Position numbers and translations under genes: made by a program. The notes under the pieces were generated by a model. The model saw nothing but the letters and a program-made list of their open reading frames with translations. It had not been told where the DNA came from and searched no databases. A stretch of 64,000 bases of DNA from Candidatus Magasanikiibacteriota bacterium (GTDB lineage: Bacteria > Patescibacteriota > Patescibacteriia > Magasanikbacterales > UBA922), in assembly GCA_018651085.1 (NCBI GenBank), contig JABIEQ010000002.1, positions 87,783 through 151,782 on the forward strand, given 5' to 3'. Positions within the stretch are counted from its first letter, which is position 1, and each line of letters begins with the position of its first letter. Below, piece by piece: positions 59,535 to 64,000 of the stretch.

Positions 59535-59960
59535 CTACTTTCTTATACCAACCTGCGGAGAATAATGGAACTCTTGCTTCTTTCGACAGATCGCGTTCCT
59601 TCGAAGTCACATATGACAGTATCTACGGTTCAGCCTCCTGAGGAGAGGAATACCCAAAATGAAGAGGTTGTACGAACCTCGACCATTGTGGGGGAGCCGA
59701 TTCGCCGATCGTACTGGTGTCTGCTTGCAGAGGCCATCAATCGCGGTATGGAGTAGTCCGGCTTTGGACGCTAAACTGAGTGTTGCGGAAACCTTTTCCC
59801 GTGTCCTAACCATTCTGGTTAGTTGATAAAGAAGGTGCGGTCGCTGAGTATCAAGTGACCCTGACATGACCATAGGTCTGCTCTTCCCACACATCGTGGG
59901 TAGAATGGCAAGGTTGTGTCGGGGAGAGTATAAAAATCATCTTATATAGGTGGTTTTTTG
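59535..59960 (+). ncRNA. Promoter-to-terminator transcript of ~420 nt, GC-enriched, open on both strands. Either a small ORF (59565-59756, 63 aa, GGAG SD) with a long 3' region or a structured ncRNA. Identity unresolved.
   Basis: defined by the promoter at 59499 and the hairpin at 59974-59993; contains GGAGUAGUCCGGCU and GGUGCGGUCGCUGAG, which resemble RNase P CR-I/CR-II, but no P4 partner was found. Confidence 0.3.
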
Positions 59961-59965
59961 TTGTA

Positions 59966-59996
59966 TAAAAAAAGACACCGTTTGAACGGTGTCTCG
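59966..59996 (-). terminator. Terminator for the minus-strand small ORF (9-bp perfect stem, T-run on minus). A degenerate copy recurs at 60315-60343.
   Basis: plus aaaaaaa-gacaccgtt-tgaa-aacggtgtc. Confidence 0.5.
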
Positions 59997-60026
59997 TTTA
60001 TAGGACTGATGGTACGGTATTAAAAC

Positions 60027-60212
60027 TTATTTTTTAAACCAAGCAACAAGTACATAGGTCCAAAATACTATGAACCCTAGCCAAAAAAGCCAGGAATAAT
60101 TTATTAGAGCATCTGCAAATTGAATTCCAACAGCAATACCAAGACACAGTCCACCCCAACCAATAACCTTTAGCTCCCACCATTTCCAAGTTGTTTGTTT
60201 AAAAAGGTTCAT
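60027..60212 (-). CDS. Small two-TM membrane protein (61 aa)
   Basis: ORF track; hydrophobic helices; own terminator. Confidence 0.3.
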   Translation of the reverse strand: MNLFKQTTWKWWELKVIGWGGLCLGIAVGIQFADALINYSWLFWLGFIVFWTYVLVAWFKK

Positions 60213-60314
60213 ATTATTTAGGCTAAATAAATTATATATAAACTATACCATAATTTAAAATTTTAAATAGATCCCTTATCTTCTTTATTTAGTAGAGAGG
60301 ATTAAGGAATAGAA

Positions 60315-60343
60315 AAAGACACCCTTTGAAAGGCGTCTCGTTT
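60315..60343 (-). terminator. Terminator of tRNA-Asp (a copy of the 59966-59996 element)
   Basis: minus-strand reading gagacgcctttcaaagggtgtc-TTTTTC. Confidence 0.5.
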
Positions 60344-60344
60344 G

Positions 60345-60418
60345 CGGACCGGACGGGATTCGAACCCGCAACTTCCGCCGTGACAGGGCGGTGCTCTAGC
60401 CAATTGAACTACCGGTCC
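60345..60418 (-). tRNA. tRNA-Asp (GTC)
   Basis: reverse complement GGACCGGTAGTTCAATTGGCTAGAGCACCGCCCTGTCACGGCGGAAGTTGCGGGTTCGAATCCCGTCCGGTCCG. Confidence 0.85.
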
Positions 60419-60707
60419 AAATGTCTTATAAGACTATGCTTATAAGAATGGAATTTATTTTGTTTTTTCTATTGCTTTTCCATGCATTGTAAGGTGGAGT
60501 TTTTCTCCAGCAGTCAGTGGTTTCAATGCTCGTTTCACCTTGTTTGCTGCTCGTTTAAGCCTATTCTTTTTTTCAGCAACAGCTGCGAGCATCTTGTTTC
60601 TTTTTCGTCTTCCCATACAGTTTCTTAAAGTTAACGTTCATATGATACACCAGGTATCTGTTAATGTCAATATATTGAATATGTGGAAAAGCCGGTTTTT
60701 TATAAAT

Positions 60708-60815
60708 AAAAAAACCGCTAGATGTCCAAGCCTGGCATGAGGGATGAAGGAGGGGGCATCCCCGCCTAGCTTGGACATACAACGGTCTTCGTTTTGATTG
60801 TTTTTTGTGTAACAA
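60708..60815 (-). ncRNA. Candidate small RNA: consensus promoter (TTGACA-N17-TATATT on minus, 60822-60850), nested hairpin and T-run terminator
   Basis: RNA about 100 nt: ...GUAUGUCCAAGCUAGGCGGGGAUGCCCCCUCCUUCAUCCCUCAUGCCAGGCUUGGACAU...UUUUUUU; 10-bp outer stem, inner GGGAUG/CAUCCC stem, loop contains CCUCCU. Confidence 0.35.
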
Positions 60816-60967
60816 CACCTCAATATAACATGTATAGTTGCTCTTGTCAATAATTCCATGTGGATAAGTAAAAATATGTGTTTTTCCGTTGTTTAAGCCA
60901 TGTATTAGGTATAATTCTTTTTCTATTCTGTTTAATGAGACTTAACAAAATAATAACATTTTTTTAT

Positions 60968-60998
60968 AAAAAAACCCTCACAATTTGTATTGTGAGGG
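60968..60998 (-). terminator. Terminator of the infC-rpmI-rplT operon
   Basis: minus reading ccctcacaatacaaattgtgaggg-TTTTTTT. Confidence 0.6.
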
Positions 60999-61008
60999 AA
61001 TTGAGGTC

Positions 61009-61353
61009 TTATTTTACGAGATCAACGATCTTTTCAAATGTTTGAGGATGTTTTGCTGCGATTTCTGAAAGTACTTTTCGGTTCAGTCCAACTTCTTTTT
61101 CTTTCAGTTTGCCAGTAAATACGCTGTAGCTTAGTCCAAATTTTCGGACAGCGGCGTTAATACGTACTTGCCACAATGCTCTCATAACACGCTTTTTCTT
61201 TCTACGGTCACGATATGCATGTGCTCCAGCTTTTGTTTCTGCTGTTTTTGCTAATTTTATGAGGTTTTTACGTCCGTTAGAGAATCCTTTCACTCGTTTC
61301 ATGAGTGACTTTCGTTTCTTTAAGTGACTTTTTCCTCGTTTTACTCTTGCCAT
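61009..61353 (-). CDS. rplT: 50S ribosomal protein L20
   Basis: MARVKRGKSHLKKRK... Confidence 0.93.
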   Translation of the reverse strand: MARVKRGKSHLKKRKSLMKRVKGFSNGRKNLIKLAKTAETKAGAHAYRDRRKKKRVMRALWQVRINAAVRKFGLSYSVFTGKLKEKEVGLNRKVLSEIAAKHPQTFEKIVDLVK

Positions 61354-61368
61354 ACTAGGATGATTAAT

Positions 61369-61587
61369 TTAGAGGCTATGTGGCATTGCTGCCTTAATTG
61401 CCTTGTGGTTTGCCTTGATCATACCGTCAGTTCTCTTATTTCGCTTGATTTTTCCGGATTCACGTGCATTAAAATGCCCTTGACCACAAGTTCTTTTTTC
61501 GACTGTCATTTCTACTTTTCCAGTCTTTTTGTTCTTCTTTCTTCTAATTTTTAGTCGTTTTACAAACGATTTTTTTGTTTTTTGCAT
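61369..61587 (-). CDS. rpmI: 50S ribosomal protein L35
   Basis: MQKTKKSFVKRLKIRRKKNKKTGK; 72 aa; start moved to the internal Met. Confidence 0.75.
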   Translation of the reverse strand: MQKTKKSFVKRLKIRRKKNKKTGKVEMTVEKRTCGQGHFNARESGKIKRNKRTDGMIKANHKAIKAAMPHSL

Positions 61588-61675
61588 ATAACCATTCAGG
61601 TCAGATAAATACAAGTGGTAGGAGTATAGCTTCTTTCTTCTATACTGTCAAGTATAGATTTGTGTATAGTAAGGC

Positions 61676-62224
61676 TTATTTTTTGGCTACAATAGCGGTA
61701 ATTTTGTTTCCTTGTCTTGTGGGTTCTTGTTCGTGTCTAATCGAGGTATTCTCTTCTAGACGAGTAACAAAGGTTTTAATGATCTCATAGGCCATTTGTG
61801 ACTTTCCTCGTTCTCTTCCTCGGAGGATGATTTCTACTTTCACCTTATCTCCTCGGCTTAGGAATTTTTCTGCTTGTTTTTGTCTTACACCCATATCACC
61901 CTCACTAATTCGCATAGATAGGCGTATTCCTTTCAGTTCAGCTACGTGTGTCCGGGCTTTTTGTTTTCGGGCCTCTTTTTCTTTTTGATACTTAAAATGC
62001 GTAAAATCAAGAATTTGCGCGATTGGTGGCACTGCTTTTGGGTTGATTTCTACTAAATCAAGTTCTTGTTCACGTGCCATGTTTAAGGCTTCTCTTGTTG
62101 TGAATATTCCTAGGTTTTCTCCTTCAGCACCAATAAGACGCACTTCTGGTGCTTCTATGCGGTTGTTAAGGTTGAATTTTGGAATGAGAAGCTTTTTAGG
62201 TCTTTTCTTTCTTGATATTCGCAT
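61676..62224 (-). CDS. infC: Translation initiation factor IF-3
   Basis: NNRIEAPEVRLIGAEGENLGIF...; promoter TTGACA-N17-TATAGT on minus at 62251-62279. Confidence 0.92.
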   Translation of the reverse strand: MRISRKKRPKKLLIPKFNLNNRIEAPEVRLIGAEGENLGIFTTREALNMAREQELDLVEINPKAVPPIAQILDFTHFKYQKEKEARKQKARTHVAELKGIRLSMRISEGDMGVRQKQAEKFLSRGDKVKVEIILRGRERGKSQMAYEIIKTFVTRLEENTSIRHEQEPTRQGNKITAIVAKK

Positions 62225-62306
62225 ATCATTATGAGGTTTATACTGAGCTCACTATAGCAACTTATAAAAAACATGTCAATGGAGGGGATTTCTTCTGAAT
62301 TTATGG

Positions 62307-62335
62307 TTGACTATAGTCTTTTGTAGTGGTATGGT
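62307..62335 (+). promoter_or_regulatory. Promoter-like element (TTGACT-N17-TATGGT) at the 5' edge of the GC-rich RNA locus, divergent from the infC promoter
   Basis: ttgact atagtcttttgtagtgg tatggt. Confidence 0.35.
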
Positions 62336-62339
62336 GCTC

Positions 62340-62960
62340 ACTGGTTTTCCATCTTATGACTCAAGGGGGAGGTTATGGATACTTTGTGGTGTGTTTCGAC
62401 AAAGGTGTCTTCGGGAGCGTTGCTGTTCATCGGTTCGGTGACTACCTATGGTGGTCCTACTCCACGTTCGCTTGCAGGAGTGGAGGTCTCGGATACTTCT
62501 GTTGGCCTCATCACTCATAGTCTGGCTGGGGTAGAGGCCTTTCTCATTCATCATGGTCAGGAGCTTGATGATGAAAGTCGGGATCTTTGTTTCGATCAGC
62601 TGTCCCGACGGCCTTGGGCGTACGGAATGCACTTGCCGGACCGGGACACTTCGATCACTGATCCGTTCGCAGCCTCTTTGTGGGCACAGTTCCTTCTCCT
62701 GATGGGACGTGCGCCTCAATTTTCGAAGGGGGCAGTTCGTTTGCCTACGGAGATTCTTTCGATTCTCAGTCTGGCCGATGCGATGCATCTTGGCACGGCT
62801 AATCGACAGGTTCTGTGGAAGCTGGCGCTGTCGTCTTTGCTTGTGGAGCCGCCGGACTTCGATCAAGAGACTGTGATCATGGGGCTCTGAAGATGGATCA
62901 AAGGGGGAGGCCGCTTGCGTTTTCGTATTGCGGCCACTCCTCGTAGAGATGTTATAACAA
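62340..62960 (+). ncRNA. About 620-nt GC-rich (~50%) structured-RNA candidate, open on both strands. The sub-region 62513-62885 has RNase P RNA-like features (rnpB candidate).
   Basis: P3-like hairpin CAUCAUGG...UGAUGAUG immediately 5' of GAAAGUCGGGAUC (CR-I-like); GCCGGACUUCGAUC (CR-IV-like) 270 nt downstream; 9-bp enclosing helix UCAUAGUCU/AGACUGUGA; ends at the bidirectional terminator 62971-63010. Confidence 0.35.
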
Positions 62961-62970
62961 ATATATGACA

Positions 62971-63010
62971 TTTGTCCGAGAACAAAAAATCAACATATGT
63001 TATATGTTGA
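62971..63010. terminator. Bidirectional terminator shared by the GC-rich RNA locus (plus) and ssrA (minus)
   Basis: aaaaaa-tcaacatatgttatatgttga-tttttt. Confidence 0.6.
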
Positions 63011-63020
63011 TTTTTTATTG

Positions 63021-63414
63021 TGGAGATGCTGGGATTTGAACCCAGGTCTAGAGCGGGCTACCTACACACTCTACATACATAGCCGTTTTGTTGTTTCATA
63101 CTGTGATAAAAAAGCGGCAAAATCACGCAGTACTAGCCTAGGAGAATTTCAGATATACCATGCAGACACACTATATACCCTACACTCAATGTTTTGACAC
63201 CGCGGGACCATTATTGAGTATCATGGACGCGATGGCTGTGCTTATTTAGGCAACAACAGATGCGAGTGTTGGCATAGCAAATGCGTTAGCAAGTGTAGCC
63301 TTTACTCGACTGATAACGTTTGCACGTAATCGGTTGCCCCTTGATTTACGAGGGGAGACACCCTCGGTATGCATATATAGATAACGGATCCGTCTATCGA
63401 GTCCTGTCATCCCC
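63021..63414 (-). ncRNA. ssrA: tmRNA (transfer-messenger RNA)
   Basis: 5' GGGGAUGACAGGACUCGAUAGACGG; 3' GACCUGGGUUCAAAUCCCAGCAUCUCCA, a tRNA-like T-arm with encoded CCA; acceptor pairing GGGGAUG/CAUCUCC; candidate tag reading frame GCA AAC ... GUU GUU GCC UAA giving AN...ASVVA; immediately downstream of smpB. Confidence 0.8.
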
Positions 63415-63423
63415 ATTAGAGCC

Positions 63424-63873
63424 TTATTGGTGTTCTTTCATGATTCTCGCTGTTTCTCGTTTCTGCTCACGTGTTTTGATGCTTTGTCGTTTATCGTATT
63501 TCTTTTTTCCTTTAACAATAGCAACTTCCACCTTAATATGGCGACCCTTAGTATATACTGATAATGGGACAATTGTCAATCCTTTTTCCTCTATTTTTCC
63601 CCTTAAATAAGCAATTTCTTTTTTATGAAAGAGGAGTGTTCTACTCCTCGTTGGTTCATATTCGCCTTTAAGGTTTGCAAACTTATATGGTGCAATATGC
63701 GCATTTGTAAGCATGGGGGTCTCTTTATGAAATGTGACATATGATCCTTTGAGGTTTATTTGACCGTCTCTTACAGATTTTACCTCTTGCCCAGAGAGCA
63801 TTAAGCCGGCCTCAAGGGTTTTGAGGACTTCATAGTCGTGAAATACTTTTTTATTTTTTGCGTATGTAGGCAT
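63424..63873 (-). CDS. smpB: SsrA-binding protein SmpB
   Basis: KKVFHDYEVLKTLEAGLMLSGQEVKSVRDGQINLKGSYV... Confidence 0.9.
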   Translation of the reverse strand: MPTYAKNKKVFHDYEVLKTLEAGLMLSGQEVKSVRDGQINLKGSYVTFHKETPMLTNAHIAPYKFANLKGEYEPTRSRTLLFHKKEIAYLRGKIEEKGLTIVPLSVYTKGRHIKVEVAIVKGKKKYDKRQSIKTREQKRETARIMKEHQ

Positions 63874-64000
63874 AGTGCTTCAAGGATAGCAACTTTTCCC
63901 CTCTTTTACTAGGGGAGAGGGCATGGTATACTTTCATGGAGCATGTATTGTTTTTTAATTTATTTTTATCTGTTAAATGACGTTTATGTCCAATCCTTCG

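Noticed and set aside
59535-59960. RNase P RNA assignment for the promoter-driven GC-rich transcript
   Set aside because: CR-I-like (GGAGUAGUCCGGCU) and CR-II-like (GGUGCGGUCGCUGAG) strings are present, but there is no downstream CCGG partner for P4 and spacing is incompatible; left as an unresolved ncRNA/small-ORF locus
60455-60592. 45-aa basic minus-strand ORF MLAAVAEKKNRLKRAANKVKRALKPLTAGEKLHLTMHGKAIEKTK (possible small ribosomal protein?)
   Set aside because: No convincing similarity to S20/S21/L32-L36 by eye; below the ORF-track threshold; no clear promoter or RBS
62354-62971. 171-aa (plus) and 205-aa (minus) ORFs in the GC-rich locus
   Set aside because: Mutually overlapping on opposite strands; K-poor, S/L/R-rich compositions unlike the rest of the proteome; more consistent with GC-rich structured RNA. 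However, the plus ORF has an AAGGGGGAGG motif 2 nt before its ATG, so a protein cannot be fully excluded.
63021-63095. Tried to fold the tRNA-like T-arm region as a standalone minus-strand tRNA
   Set aside because: No complementary 5' acceptor strand within 95 nt; the partner lies 390 nt away, as expected for tmRNA
62997-63610. ORFs 62997-63197 (plus) and 63320-63610 (plus)
   Set aside because: Overlap the hand-identified tmRNA gene and the smpB 3' end on the opposite strand

Overview
This looks like a low-GC (about 36-38% by eye) bacterial chromosome segment. Several traits suggest a Patescibacteria/CPR-like lineage, but that is inference only: a stand-alone 16S rRNA gene with its own promoter and terminators and no 23S/5S in the window, no rpmD, lineage-specific K/A/E-rich extensions on L3, L23, L22 and S5, and giant secreted proteins. 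No sequence search was run.

Content in order:
- An unlinked 16S rRNA gene (about 962-2469).
- A minus-strand cluster of a secreted CotH-family atypical kinase, two triphosphate-tunnel (CYTH/VTC-like) proteins, a DUF4956-like membrane protein and a TPR protein. It is divergent from an 892-aa Thr/Ser-rich Fn3-repeat surface protein.
- A U32 Fe-S protein (CX6CX15CX3C) next to a single-cluster ferredoxin, and an orphan Phd/YefM-like protein.
- tuf-rpsJ, then a consensus internal promoter, then rplC-rplD-rplW-rplB-rpsS-rplV-rpsC-rplP-rpmC-rpsQ-rplN-rplX-rplE-rpsZ-rpsH-rplF-rplR-rpsE-rplO-secY-(hyp)-adk-map. This is followed by ruvX and recO instead of the usual infA/alpha operon.
- An Asn-codon-rich leader ORF plus terminator directly upstream of tRNA-Asn and asnS, then an RsmB-like methyltransferase and aspS.
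- A roughly 10-kb envelope-glycan cluster: two paralogous ~570-aa GT-C-like membrane proteins bracketing a GT2, two more GT-C-like proteins, and an MBOAT with an AlgJ-like partner.
- scpA, scpB, a PBP5-like D,D-carboxypeptidase, DedA, a COG2426-like protein, tRNA-Leu, parA, parB, and two tRNA-Ser.
- A CAP-domain protein, a metallophosphoesterase, and a 1796-aa secreted giant protein with three C-terminal tandem ~150-aa repeats.
- deaD, then a GC-rich island holding a zinc-ribbon ORF and a strong promoter driving a small ORF or ncRNA.
- tRNA-Asp, a promoter-to-terminator sRNA candidate, infC-rpmI-rplT, a ~620-nt GC-rich structured-RNA candidate with RNase P-like motifs, and an smpB-ssrA (tmRNA) pair.

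No CRISPR array, IS element or recognisable defence genes were seen.
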